From the NCBI GenBank assembly GCA_043808095.1, contig JAZDFF010000001.1, positions 1,628 through 65,627 of the forward strand: a DNA stretch of 64,000 bases, given 5' to 3'. Shown here piece by piece: positions 20,112 through 29,986 of this stretch. The notes beneath the pieces were generated by a model. That model made no database searches, was not told the DNA's origin, and saw only the letters and a program-made list of their open reading frames with translations. The translations under genes were made by a program, and so were the position numbers. Each line of letters begins with the position of its first letter. The first letter of the stretch is position 1. Source of the DNA: Candidatus Omnitrophota bacterium (GTDB taxonomy: Bacteria > Omnitrophota > Gorgyraeia > JAZDFF01).

Positions 20112-20297
20112 TAGGCTGTCACGAAATTCATTCCAACCTATGATTACAGTGATTTTAAATAAGATTCCAGTGATTATCTCGATGACATGCTTAATCGCCG
20201 TAATCTATTTTCTTCCCGCTTTACGGGATCCCGCTGGATATTTTCTATTGCGCGGGATAATCACCGTAATCAAGGGCGGCACTTTTGTGACGCCCTA
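20112..20297. mobile_element. MITE with ~15-bp imperfect TIRs and 10-bp target-site duplication
   Basis: TAGGCTGTCACGAAA...TTTTGTGACGCCCTA flanked by TTAAGTAATA at 20102-20111 and 20298-20307. Confidence 0.8.
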
Positions 20298-20326
20298 TTA
20301 AGTAATAAGTTAGGAGGGTAATCAGC

Positions 20327-21634
20327 GTGAAAATTTCGGTTATAGGCACAGGTTATGTAGGCTTGGTTACAGGAACTTGTCTTGCGGAGTTAGGCAACCA
20401 GGTCATCTGCGTTGATAATGATAGAAATAAAATCGATAATTTAAAGAAGAAAATCGTACCCATTTATGAGCCCGGACTGGAGGACTTAATAAAAAGGAAT
20501 ACGGCAGAGCATAGGCTCTCATTTTCCACCAGCATCAAAGAGGCGGTAGAAAAAAGCGAAGTTATATTTATTGCCGTGGGCACGCCTTCAAAAGAAACTG
20601 GAGAAGCGGATTTAACTGGTATAGAAAGTGTTGCTTTGCAGATTGCAAAGGCAATGAAGTCTTATCGGCTAATTGTAGAAAAGTCTACTGTTCCGGTTGA
20701 AACCGGCTCCTGGGTAGAGCATACCATTAACGTAGGTATAAATAAAAAAATTAAATTTGATGTTGCTTCAAATCCGGAGTTTTTAAGAGAAGGCCAGGCC
20801 ATAAATGATTTTATGCATCCGGACAGGATTGTGATAGGAGTCAATACCCAGAAGGCAAGAGATACCCTCTTTAACCTGTACAAACCACTCGGTGTGCCCA
20901 TAGTAGTAACTGATATAAAATCGGCTGAGTTGATTAAACATGCCTCAAATTCTTTTCTTGCCACAAAGATATCTTTTATTAATGCTGTTTCGCAAATCTG
21001 TGAGTTGACGGGTGCTGATGTAAAGAAGGTAGCTGAAGGCATGGGCTTGGATAGCCGCATTGGTCGAGAATTTTTAAATGCCGGCATTGGTTACGGCGGT
21101 TCATGTTTTCCTAAAGACCTTGATGCCTTTATAAAGATATCAGAGAAATATGGTTATGATTTTCAGCTTTTGAAGGCAGTAAAAGAAATAAACGAAAAAC
21201 AAAGAGAGTTTTTTGTAAAAAAGATAAAAGATGCCATCTGGATATTAAAAGGCAAGGTTATTGGAGTATTAGGTATTTCTTTTAAACCCAATACCGACGA
21301 CATCAGGCAGTCACCGGCAATTGATATCATAAATAGACTGATAGAAGAAGGCGCCTCTGTCCAGGCCTTTGATCCGCAGGCTATGAAGAAATCCAGGGAT
21401 ATTTTAAAAAAGGTAAAATTTTGTAAAGACCCTTACGAGGCATCCCGTAATAGCGACTGTTTGCTTATTCTTACCGAATGGAGTGAGTTTAAGGAATTGG
21501 ATTTCAGGAAAATAAGAAAAATAATGAAACATCCCCTTATCATTGACGGCAGAAACATCTATGACCAAGATTTGTTAAAAAAATTTGGTTTTAGATATAT
21601 TTCTATAGGCAGGTCAAATAAAGCCACGACTTAG
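20327..21634 (+). CDS. ugd: UDP-glucose 6-dehydrogenase
   Basis: GTGYVG, NPEFLREG, GYGGSCFPKD and FKPNTDD motifs. Confidence 0.95.
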   Translation: MKISVIGTGYVGLVTGTCLAELGNQVICVDNDRNKIDNLKKKIVPIYEPGLEDLIKRNTAEHRLSFSTSIKEAVEKSEVIFIAVGTPSKETGEADLTGIESVALQIAKAMKSYRLIVEKSTVPVETGSWVEHTINVGINKKIKFDVASNPEFLREGQAINDFMHPDRIVIGVNTQKARDTLFNLYKPLGVPIVVTDIKSAELIKHASNSFLATKISFINAVSQICELTGADVKKVAEGMGLDSRIGREFLNAGIGYGGSCFPKDLDAFIKISEKYGYDFQLLKAVKEINEKQREFFVKKIKDAIWILKGKVIGVLGISFKPNTDDIRQSPAIDIINRLIEEGASVQAFDPQAMKKSRDILKKVKFCKDPYEASRNSDCLLILTEWSEFKELDFRKIRKIMKHPLIIDGRNIYDQDLLKKFGFRYISIGRSNKATT

Positions 21635-21770
21635 CGAACGAAGTGAAGCTAAGTCGTTTGGCTGAATTTGACCCTTGACATCTACTTTGAATTAAATATT
21701 TTTAGGTAAATGTCAAAGGTTTAATTCGCGCACACACTTGACAATTTTGTCAAGTGTGCGCTCATTAAAT

Positions 21771-22217
21771 ATGATTGATGGAGTCAAGATAAAAGAATTA
21801 AAGATAATACCTGATGAGCGCGGCAGGCTTATGGAGATACTTAGGGTAGACGACCCTATCTTTAAAAAATTTGGCCAGGTCTATATGACTACTGCCAAAC
21901 CCGGCGTCGTTAAGGCCTGGCATTACCACAAATTACAGATCGATAATTTCACTTGCGTTAATGGACGTATTCGCCTTGTCCTCTACGATGCCAGAGCAGA
22001 TTCTCCTACTTACGGCGAAATCAACGAATTTACCTTAAGCCTTAATGAGCCTAAGCTTATCCAGATACCGCCTAATGTGTATCACGGTTTTAAAGGTATA
22101 AGCGACATCGAGGCCGTAGTTATTAATACGGTAACTCATCCTTATAACAGGCAGTCTCCTGATGAGTACAGGGTTGACGCATTTGATAATACAATAGATT
22201 ATGACTGGAGGAAATAA
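21771..22217 (+). CDS. rfbC: dTDP-4-dehydrorhamnose 3,5-epimerase family
   Basis: DERG, KAWHYH and IPPNVYHGF cupin motifs. ATG 21771 preferred because the upstream codons lie in a repeat. Confidence 0.85.
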   Translation: MIDGVKIKELKIIPDERGRLMEILRVDDPIFKKFGQVYMTTAKPGVVKAWHYHKLQIDNFTCVNGRIRLVLYDARADSPTYGEINEFTLSLNEPKLIQIPPNVYHGFKGISDIEAVVINTVTHPYNRQSPDEYRVDAFDNTIDYDWRK

Positions 22218-22456
22218 ATGAAGCCCAAACTTACGGAGCAATAGCGAACGTAAGTTTGCTGGCTGAATTTACCCCCACACCAATTGGCTTATAATTTTAG
22301 GCAGTATTAACAATTGGTGTGGGGGTCCAATTCGCTCGCCACTAATTCTTTGGCGAGCGTCCGCCAAAGTTTTAGTGGAGGACGCATTAACAAAGATGCT
22401 GTTCATAAGAGATTGACTTATGTCGTCATTCTGACTCCATAAGTCAAGTGTTCATT
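22216..22456 (+). repeat. Multi-hairpin element flanked by a 15-bp direct repeat TGGAGGAAATAAATG
   Basis: Direct repeat at 22206-22220 and 22456-22470. Confidence 0.8.
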
Positions 22457-22467
22457 GGAGGAAATAA

Positions 22468-23202
22468 ATGGCTGATTTAAAAGGCATTATTTTAGCAGGC
22501 GGCCTGGGAAGGCGCCTTGAGCCGTTAACGAGAGTGACTAATAAACATCTCTTGCCTGTTTTCTCAAAACCGATGATTTATTATCCGTTACATACGCTGG
22601 TCGAGGCCGCAATAAAGGATATAATGATTGTCACCGGTGGCAATAACGCCGGAGATTTCCTAAAACTTTTAGGAGATGGACATGAATTCGGCTTGAAGCA
22701 TATCCATTATACCTATCAAAGAAACGAAGGCGGGATAGCCGATGCGCTAAAACTTGCCGAGGATTTTGCCGAGGGCGGCCGGATTGTGGTTGTCCTTGGT
22801 GATAATGTGATTGAAAAATCTATTAAAAAATATGTTGATAAATTCAGAAGACAGAAAAAAGGTTCAAGGGTCTTAATCCATAGGGATCCTGATCCAGGGA
22901 GGTTTGGTGTCGTAGAATTTAAGAATGACAAAATCATTGGAATTGAAGAAAAACCCAAGAACCCCAAATCTAATTATATTGTTACCGGCATCTACATGTA
23001 TGATAATAAAGTTTTTAAGATCATTAAAAAGCTTAAACCTTCTGCTAGAGGAGAGCTTGAAATTACCGATGTTAATAATGCCTATTTAAAATCAGGTGAA
23101 TTATATTATGATATTTTAGACGGGTTCTGGACCGACTGCGGTACATTTGATTCGTTGCTTCGTGCTAATAATTTGGTAGCGAAGATCGGAGGTATAATTT
23201 GA
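22468..23202 (+). CDS. rfbA: Glucose-1-phosphate thymidylyltransferase (short form)
   Basis: GIILAGGLGRRL, KHLLP, SARGELEITD and WTDCGT motifs. Confidence 0.85.
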   Translation: MADLKGIILAGGLGRRLEPLTRVTNKHLLPVFSKPMIYYPLHTLVEAAIKDIMIVTGGNNAGDFLKLLGDGHEFGLKHIHYTYQRNEGGIADALKLAEDFAEGGRIVVVLGDNVIEKSIKKYVDKFRRQKKGSRVLIHRDPDPGRFGVVEFKNDKIIGIEEKPKNPKSNYIVTGIYMYDNKVFKIIKKLKPSARGELEITDVNNAYLKSGELYYDILDGFWTDCGTFDSLLRANNLVAKIGGII

Positions 23203-24158
23203 AACTGCTCGTTACAGGTGGGGCGGGATTCATCGGCTCCAATTTTATACGCTATATTCTAGATAAATATCCTGATTACAAGGTAGTGAACCTCGATAAT
23301 TTGAGTTATTGTGGGAATTTAGAGAATTTAAGGTCTATAGAGAAAAATCCCAATTACAAATTTATAAAAGGGGACATCTGCATAGCCAAGATAGTTGAGA
23401 TGTCTTTGAATGATGTCGATGTCGTAATCAATATGGCAGCCGAGACACACGTGGATAGGTCTATAGTTGACGCATTTAGTTTCATTCAGACTAATGTTGT
23501 AGGTACTTATACACTCCTCGAAGCAGCCAAGAGAAAAAAAGTCAAATTATTTTTACAGGTGAGTACTGATGAGGTCTATGGTAGTATCGAAAACGGAAGT
23601 TTCAAAGAGGTAGATCCATTAAACCCCAGCAGCCCCTATGCTGCCAGTAAGGCCTCGGCTGATCTTTTGGCGAGGTCATATTTTACCACTTATAATTTCC
23701 CGGTTGTGATTTCAAGAAGCAGCAATAATTTTGGCCCTTATCAGTATCCGGAGAAAGTCATCCCTTTATTTATTACTAATATTTTGGAGGCTAAAAAAGT
23801 TCCCTTATACGGAGACGGATTAAACAGGAGGGATTGGATTTTTGTCCTGGATAATTGTGCGGCAATTGATTTAGTGATTCATAAGGGCCTTATAGGCGAG
23901 ATTTATAATATCTGTTCAGGCAACGAATTCACTAATAGAGAGCTCACTGATACTATCTTAGCGAAAATGGGTAAAGGCGAAGATACAATTGAGTATGTTT
24001 TGGATCGCCCGGGACATGACAGAAGATATTCGGTGGATCCTTCCAAAATCAGGTCTTTGGGATGGCAACCTTCGTATGATTTTAATAGTCAGTTGGCTCT
24101 TACCATTAGTTGGTATAAGGATAATCAAAAGTGGTGGCAAAGACTAAAAAGGTCTTGA
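23199..24158 (+). CDS. rfbB: dTDP-glucose 4,6-dehydratase
   Basis: GGAGFIG, AAETHVDRS, STDEVYG and DRPGHDRRY motifs. Confidence 0.96.
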   Translation: MKLLVTGGAGFIGSNFIRYILDKYPDYKVVNLDNLSYCGNLENLRSIEKNPNYKFIKGDICIAKIVEMSLNDVDVVINMAAETHVDRSIVDAFSFIQTNVVGTYTLLEAAKRKKVKLFLQVSTDEVYGSIENGSFKEVDPLNPSSPYAASKASADLLARSYFTTYNFPVVISRSSNNFGPYQYPEKVIPLFITNILEAKKVPLYGDGLNRRDWIFVLDNCAAIDLVIHKGLIGEIYNICSGNEFTNRELTDTILAKMGKGEDTIEYVLDRPGHDRRYSVDPSKIRSLGWQPSYDFNSQLALTISWYKDNQKWWQRLKRS

Positions 24159-25012
24159 TTACCGGCTCAACCGGAATGCTGGGCAGCGACCTCTGCCAGG
24201 AATCTTCTTTAGATTACCAGGTTTTTTGTTTAGCAAAACCAATTCAAGAAACAGAGAATTGTTTCTGCGCTGACATCGCTGATAGGGATGCAATAAGAGA
24301 TATATTCCGCAGAATTCATCCGGATATAATAATTCATACCGCAGCCTTCAGCAATGTGGATGGCTGCGAGTTGAATCCGGACCTGGCCCTTAAGATAAAC
24401 GCTGAGGGGACAGGAAATTTGGCACATTACTCAAAGGAAATAGACGCGGTATTTGTTTATATCGGCACGGACTATGTATTTTCCGGCAATAATAATAAGC
24501 CTTATAAGGAGGATGATGATGCTTCGCCGGTAAACGTATATGGAAAGACAAAACTTCTGGGAGAAGAAATAGTAAAAGGCCAGTTAAAAAGATATTTTAT
24601 TGTCCGTACCTCGTGGTTGTTCGGTAGGGGCAGGAAAAATTTCGTAGATATGGTGCTTGAAAAAGCAAAGACCGGCAGTGTTATTAAAATCGTAAGCGAC
24701 AAAGTTAGTTCACCAACGTATACGAAGGATCTAAGTTTAGCCATTTTAAACCTTATCAATAAAGACCATTATGGCATTTTTCATATCGCAAATCAGGGAA
24801 GTTGTTCCTGGTTTGACTGGGCGGCTAAAATTTTGGAATACGCAAAGTTAGACGCTACAAAGTTGTCTCCTATTAGTTTAAAAGAACTGAACCTGGCGGC
24901 AAAACGTCCCCTTATGACGTCGCTTGATATATCCAAATTTGTCAAAGTAACCGGATATCCTATGCGTTCTTGGCAGGACGCCCTGGGAGAATTTATATGT
25001 TCGAAAAACTAA
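24131..25012 (+). CDS. rfbD: dTDP-4-dehydrorhamnose reductase
   Basis: GSTGMLG, TDYVF, YGKTK and RTSWLFG motifs. Confidence 0.93.
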   Translation: MVAKTKKVLITGSTGMLGSDLCQESSLDYQVFCLAKPIQETENCFCADIADRDAIRDIFRRIHPDIIIHTAAFSNVDGCELNPDLALKINAEGTGNLAHYSKEIDAVFVYIGTDYVFSGNNNKPYKEDDDASPVNVYGKTKLLGEEIVKGQLKRYFIVRTSWLFGRGRKNFVDMVLEKAKTGSVIKIVSDKVSSPTYTKDLSLAILNLINKDHYGIFHIANQGSCSWFDWAAKILEYAKLDATKLSPISLKELNLAAKRPLMTSLDISKFVKVTGYPMRSWQDALGEFICSKN

Positions 25013-26295
25013 AACTAAAAATAAATAAAAAAGAGGCAAAGATTGCGGTAATCGGCCTAGGTTATGTCGGCCTGCCCTTAGCGGTTGAATATGCAAAAAG
25101 AGGATTTACCGTCTTCGGGATAGATAATGACAAGGATAGGATTAATAAAGCCAAGAATCTAGTGCCTTATATTCTGGATGTCCCGACAGAAGATATTAAA
25201 AATGTGCTGGATAAAAATAAATTATTTCCGACAACACAATTTAATAAATTAGGAATCTCGGACGTAGCTATTATCTGTGTCCCTACGCCATTAAAGAGGA
25301 AATACCAGCCGGACATTTCTTATATTATAAGCGCAGCTAAAGAAATTAAAAAATATATTCATAAAAATCAATTGGTAGTTTTAGAAAGTACCACCTATCC
25401 GGGCACTACCGAAGAAGTGATCTTGCCCTTACTTGAATCAAGCGGACTGAAATGCGGCAGAGATTTTCTCCTCGCTTTTTCGCCCGAAAGAATTGACCCC
25501 GGAAACGAAAAATTCCCGGTTTATAAGATTCCCAAGGTAGTCGGCGGCCTCACCCCAGAGGCTACAATATTGACTAAGTTGCTTTATGAGAACATCATAG
25601 AGAAAGTAGTCCCTGTTTCATCGACAAAGGTGGCTGAGACCGTAAAATTATTGGAAAATACCTTCCGCATCGTTAATATCGCCCTTATTAATGAGATAGC
25701 CATGATGGCCCATAAAATGAATATGGATATCTGGGAGATAATTGAAGCGGCCAGCACCAAGCCCTTTGGTTTCATGAGTTTTTATCCGGGTCCGGGCGTA
25801 GGGGGCCACTGCATACCAAAAGATCCACTGTACTTATACTGGAAGGCAAAACTGCACGGTTTTAAATCCCGTTTTATTAAATTGGCTTCGGATATAAACA
25901 ATGCCATGCCTGATTATGTTGTGTCAAGGGTATCCGCAGGCTTAAAAAAACGAGGCAAGAACCTGTCTTCGTCTAAGGTTTTAATTGTCGGCGTAACCTA
26001 TAAAAGAGATGTCAAGGATTTACGCAAGTCTCCAGGTATAGAAATTATCGATATCTTTAAGTCTATGCATGCGCATGTAGCTTATTACGACCCCCTGATC
26101 CCGTTTTTAAAGATCAATAATATTAATCTTAAGTCGGTAACACTAGATAAAAAGACACTCAAAAGCTTTGACTGCGTGGTTATTGTAACCGACCACAGTG
26201 ATATTAATTATCAGCTGATATCGGATAATTCCAAACTTATCTTTGATACCCGCAACGTATTTAAAAGACAAAACCCAAAGATTGAGAGGCTATAA
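24997..26295 (+). CDS. Nucleotide-sugar dehydrogenase (UDP-GlcNAc 6-dehydrogenase, WbpA-like)
   Basis: GLGYVGLP, ESTTYPGTT, SPERIDPGN and GVGGHCIP motifs. Confidence 0.9.
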   Translation: MFEKLKLKINKKEAKIAVIGLGYVGLPLAVEYAKRGFTVFGIDNDKDRINKAKNLVPYILDVPTEDIKNVLDKNKLFPTTQFNKLGISDVAIICVPTPLKRKYQPDISYIISAAKEIKKYIHKNQLVVLESTTYPGTTEEVILPLLESSGLKCGRDFLLAFSPERIDPGNEKFPVYKIPKVVGGLTPEATILTKLLYENIIEKVVPVSSTKVAETVKLLENTFRIVNIALINEIAMMAHKMNMDIWEIIEAASTKPFGFMSFYPGPGVGGHCIPKDPLYLYWKAKLHGFKSRFIKLASDINNAMPDYVVSRVSAGLKKRGKNLSSSKVLIVGVTYKRDVKDLRKSPGIEIIDIFKSMHAHVAYYDPLIPFLKINNINLKSVTLDKKTLKSFDCVVIVTDHSDINYQLISDNSKLIFDTRNVFKRQNPKIERL

Positions 26296-26357
26296 TACAC
26301 AGATTAGCACAGATATCTGTGCTAATCTGTGTAGTAATTATTTAACTGGAGAAAAAT

Positions 26358-27293
26358 ATGGCAAGATACTTAGTTACCGGCGGGGCAGGCTTTATCGGCT
26401 CGCATATTGCAAGGAAATTAGTAGAAGAGAGTCAGGAAGTCTTGGTCCTGGATAATTTTTCAACGGGAAAACGCGAGAATTTAGACGGTATTTTAGACAA
26501 GATTACCCTGATTGAAGGCGATATCCGGGATAAAGAGCTCGTAAGAAATTCCTTAAGGGGCATAGACTTTATTTTGCATCAGGCAGCTCTGCGTTCGGTG
26601 CCGAAGTCAGTAAATGACCCGATTACCTATAACGATGTCAATGTGACCGGAACATTGAATCTTTTGCTCGTTGCAAGAGAGGCGGGGGTAAAACGCCTTG
26701 TCCTTGCCTCTTCAAGTTCGGTCTACGGAGACGCAAAAAAAATGCCCGAGAGAGAAGACCAGTTGCCTGCTCCCATCTCTCCGTATGCCGCGACAAAATT
26801 GGCCGGTGAGTACTATTGCGGCTTTTGTTCTGCCGTATACGGCCTTGAGACCGTATCTTTGCGTTATTTTAATGTCTTTGGCCCAAGACAGTCGCTCGAA
26901 TCAGAATACGCAGTTGTTATACCAAAGTTTATCAGTTGTATGCTTAAAGATGCCGCTATGCCAATTTACGGCGACGGTAAACAATCCCGGGATTTTACCT
27001 ATATCGATAATGTCGTTCAGGCTAATATCCTGGCATCCCGGGCAAAGTTACAATGTCCGCAGGTTTTTAACGTAGCCTCAGGCCATGCCTATAGCGTCCT
27101 GGATTTAGTCGCAAATTTAAATAAAATAATGAAAAAAAATATAAAACCTGATTTCTTGCCTCTCCGCTCAGGCGATGTAAGACATACCCTGGCCGACATT
27201 TCAAAGGCAAGGAGGCTTTTAGGATTTAACCCCGAGATTGATTTTGTTGAGGGCTTGGAAAGGACGGTCAAATGGTTCGAAAGTCAAAGGTAG
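26358..27293 (+). CDS. NAD-dependent nucleotide-sugar epimerase (WbpP-like)
   Basis: [20 protein letters not shown] and LRYFNVFGP motifs. Confidence 0.9.
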   Translation: MARYLVTGGAGFIGSHIARKLVEESQEVLVLDNFSTGKRENLDGILDKITLIEGDIRDKELVRNSLRGIDFILHQAALRSVPKSVNDPITYNDVNVTGTLNLLLVAREAGVKRLVLASSSSVYGDAKKMPEREDQLPAPISPYAATKLAGEYYCGFCSAVYGLETVSLRYFNVFGPRQSLESEYAVVIPKFISCMLKDAAMPIYGDGKQSRDFTYIDNVVQANILASRAKLQCPQVFNVASGHAYSVLDLVANLNKIMKKNIKPDFLPLRSGDVRHTLADISKARRLLGFNPEIDFVEGLERTVKWFESQR

Positions 27294-28294
27294 TAGTAAT
27301 TACCGGAGGGGCAGGTTTTATCGGTTCGCATCTGGGAGAGCACCTCTTAAAAGAAGGTAATAGGATTATTTGCATTGATAACTTGATTACCGGAAAAATT
27401 GACAATATCCAGGGCCTTTTAATAAACAGCAATTTTAAATTCATCCAGCACGATGTTACTAAATTCATTGATATCGAAGGGCCGGTGGATTACGTCTTAC
27501 ATTTTGCCTCGCCAGCGAGCCCCGTTGATTATTTGACCTATCCCATCCAGACCTTAAAAGTCGGTTCTCTCGGCACGCATAATTCCCTGGGCCTGGCTAA
27601 GGCCAAAAAGGCAAAATTCCTCTTAGCCTCTACTTCTGAGGTATACGGCGACCCGTTAGTGCATCCTCAAAGAGAAGATTACTGGGGCAATGTTAATTGT
27701 GTTGGGCCGCGCGGGGTATATGATGAAGCCAAGCGTTTTGCGGAAAGTATTACCCTGGCTTATCATCGCACTCATAAATTAGATACCAAGATAATCCGTA
27801 TATTTAATACCTATGGTGAAAAGATGCGCAGTCACGACGGTAGGGTTATCCCGAATTTTATCACTCAGGCACTTTCCCATAAGCCCATCACCGTCTATGG
27901 TAAAGGAAATCAAACCAGGTCTTTTTGTTACATCTTAGATTTAGTTGAAGGAATTACGCGGATTATGAAATCCGGATCATCTGAGCCAATAAACCTCGGC
28001 AATCCTAGAGAATACAAAGTTCTAGAACTGGCTAAAATTATAATCAAGATGACTGGTTCTAAAAGTAAGATTATCTACGAGTCCCTTCCTCAAGATGACC
28101 CAAAACAACGTTGTCCGGATATCTCCAAAGCAAAAAAACTGCTAAGTTGGCAGCCAAAAGTAAAATTAGAAGAGGGTTTAATGAAGACTATTTTATGGTT
28201 TAAGGCCCACTTACATGATTTTCATCAAACAACCGCGGCAGATAGAAGTTGCAGAAAACATTATAATGAAAAAATCTGCCGTCGTCCAACCTGA
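27272..28294 (+). CDS. UDP-glucuronate decarboxylase (UDP-xylose synthase) family
   Basis: [21 protein letters not shown] and [10 protein letters not shown] motifs. Confidence 0.92.
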   Translation: MVRKSKVVVITGGAGFIGSHLGEHLLKEGNRIICIDNLITGKIDNIQGLLINSNFKFIQHDVTKFIDIEGPVDYVLHFASPASPVDYLTYPIQTLKVGSLGTHNSLGLAKAKKAKFLLASTSEVYGDPLVHPQREDYWGNVNCVGPRGVYDEAKRFAESITLAYHRTHKLDTKIIRIFNTYGEKMRSHDGRVIPNFITQALSHKPITVYGKGNQTRSFCYILDLVEGITRIMKSGSSEPINLGNPREYKVLELAKIIIKMTGSKSKIIYESLPQDDPKQRCPDISKAKKLLSWQPKVKLEEGLMKTILWFKAHLHDFHQTTAADRSCRKHYNEKICRRPT

Positions 28295-28326
28295 GCGTCA
28301 GTTTTTTAGCTCTTAACTACAAAAAT

Positions 28327-29052
28327 ATGCAGGCAATAATTTTAGCAGGCGGAAAAGGCGAAAGGCTCAAGTCCATTACCAGGGATATTCCAAAACCTAT
28401 TATCCCGCTTGGCGGGAAACCTTTTTGTCTTTATCAGATAGAATTGCTTAAAAAACACGGTGTCAGGGATATCATTTTTAGCATCGGGTATTTGCGGGAA
28501 AAAGTCCAGAGGTTATTGGGTAATGGTAGTGATTTAGGCATAGATATCCACTATGCGATAGAAGATGAGCCATTAGGGACTGCCGGAGCGATAAAGAATT
28601 CAGCACAGTACCTGCACTCAGATGCTCTTTTTTTGGTTCTAAACGGCGATGTCTTGACTGATATGGATTTGTCTAAATTAATTGAGTTCCACAGATCTAA
28701 AAAATCTTTTGTGACGATTTCCTTAATTGAGGCAAAAGAAAAGAAATCTTATGGCTCAGTCCTGGTTAATAAAAATGGGCGCATAAAATCATTTGCGGAA
28801 AAAGTTGAGTCTTTGCAAAATTCACAGTTTGTGAATGCCGGTATCTACGTATTTGAAAGAAGGGCCCTGGATAAGATTCCTCCTGCCCTAAATTACTCTT
28901 TTGAAAAGGAATTCATCCCACGCCTTGTAAGAAAGAATTTACCTGTTTTTGGTTTTAAGACCTCTTGTTACTGGATAGATATCGGAGAACCATCGCGTTT
29001 TAAACAGGCAGAGAAAGAGATTTCCAGGTTGCACCCTGAGCTTAGAAAATAA
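28327..29052 (+). CDS. Sugar-1-phosphate nucleotidyltransferase
   Basis: ILAGGKGERL, EPLGTAG, NGD and WIDIG motifs. Confidence 0.9.
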   Translation: MQAIILAGGKGERLKSITRDIPKPIIPLGGKPFCLYQIELLKKHGVRDIIFSIGYLREKVQRLLGNGSDLGIDIHYAIEDEPLGTAGAIKNSAQYLHSDALFLVLNGDVLTDMDLSKLIEFHRSKKSFVTISLIEAKEKKSYGSVLVNKNGRIKSFAEKVESLQNSQFVNAGIYVFERRALDKIPPALNYSFEKEFIPRLVRKNLPVFGFKTSCYWIDIGEPSRFKQAEKEISRLHPELRK

Positions 29053-29135
29053 GTAATTAATGATTACGGTGATTATTAGAATACGATTACAGCGATAAAA
29101 ACATAAAACTTGAGTTAAACCTTAGTTTAAATTAA

Positions 29136-29741
29136 ATGAGACGACTAAATAAGAAGGCAATAAGTTTAGCCGAATTGGTAATTACTATAGCGATTATGGT
29201 CATCTTGGCAGTTATGGCCCTGATCCGGACCGGCTATAATGACACCTTAAAATTAAATGCCTGCGCCAGAAAGATTGCGGGAGATATTAGGTATGTCCAG
29301 CAGTTGGCAATGACCGAGTCTAAATCCAGTGTAAGTGCGAATCCCTATATTATGGATTTTAATCCTCCTTCTGCGTCTTGGGTTCCTGGCCATCCGAATT
29401 TACCTTTAGGCCAAAGCTATATGGTAGTAAGAAGTGGTCTCGCCGGTTATTTACAAGACCCCTACGCCAAAGAGGATTTAGTAATGGACTTTACAAAACA
29501 AGATACCTGCAAGGGTGTAAATTTTACAAACGTAACTCTTGGAACTTGTGGAACTTGTAAGTCTCTGCGGTTTAGTGACAATCTAGGTACGCCACTTTCG
29601 GCTAATTTAGTGGGATATTTTGGTTCCTGGGCATATGGGACTTATCCTCTAAGCGCAGCACCCCAGATTGCTATTTCTTACAAGGGTAAATTAGTTACAA
29701 TTTACATTACCCCAGAGACAGGCTTGGTGAGGATAGAGTGA
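29136..29741 (+). CDS. Minor (pseudo)pilin, FimT/GspH-like
   Basis: Class III signal KKA|ISLAELVITIAIMVIL, DIRYVQQLAM helix, C-terminal ITPETG. Confidence 0.8.
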   Translation: MRRLNKKAISLAELVITIAIMVILAVMALIRTGYNDTLKLNACARKIAGDIRYVQQLAMTESKSSVSANPYIMDFNPPSASWVPGHPNLPLGQSYMVVRSGLAGYLQDPYAKEDLVMDFTKQDTCKGVNFTNVTLGTCGTCKSLRFSDNLGTPLSANLVGYFGSWAYGTYPLSAAPQIAISYKGKLVTIYITPETGLVRIE

Positions 29742-29817
29742 TGCAATTTTTAAAAAGAAAAATTGCATTGATTACAGCGATTTTTAAAAAAGATTACAGT
29801 GATTAAAGAAATGATTA

Positions 29818-29967
29818 TCCCGAATGATGTTATTCTTTGTAGTGTCTCTTCGGGATCCCGTTCCGAATATAGCAAATGCTTTTGTATAGTTTCGGGATCC
29901 CGACGATTCGCTTCTATGAATACCTTCATTCGGGAAAGAATAACCTAAAAAGTTACTACATTCGGGA
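29818..29967. mobile_element. 75-bp TCCCG double hairpin with a second 75-bp copy (29861-29935) nested inside
   Basis: Removal restores gatta|cagtgat of the host GATTACAG repeat. Confidence 0.8.
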
Positions 29968-29986
29968 CAGTGATAGAACCATATTT

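Noticed and set aside
29818-29967. CRISPR mini-array (CGGGATCCCG repeats with variable spacers)
   Set aside because: Better explained as one 75-bp element nested in another. Copies are dispersed, spacers are short, and no cas genes are present.
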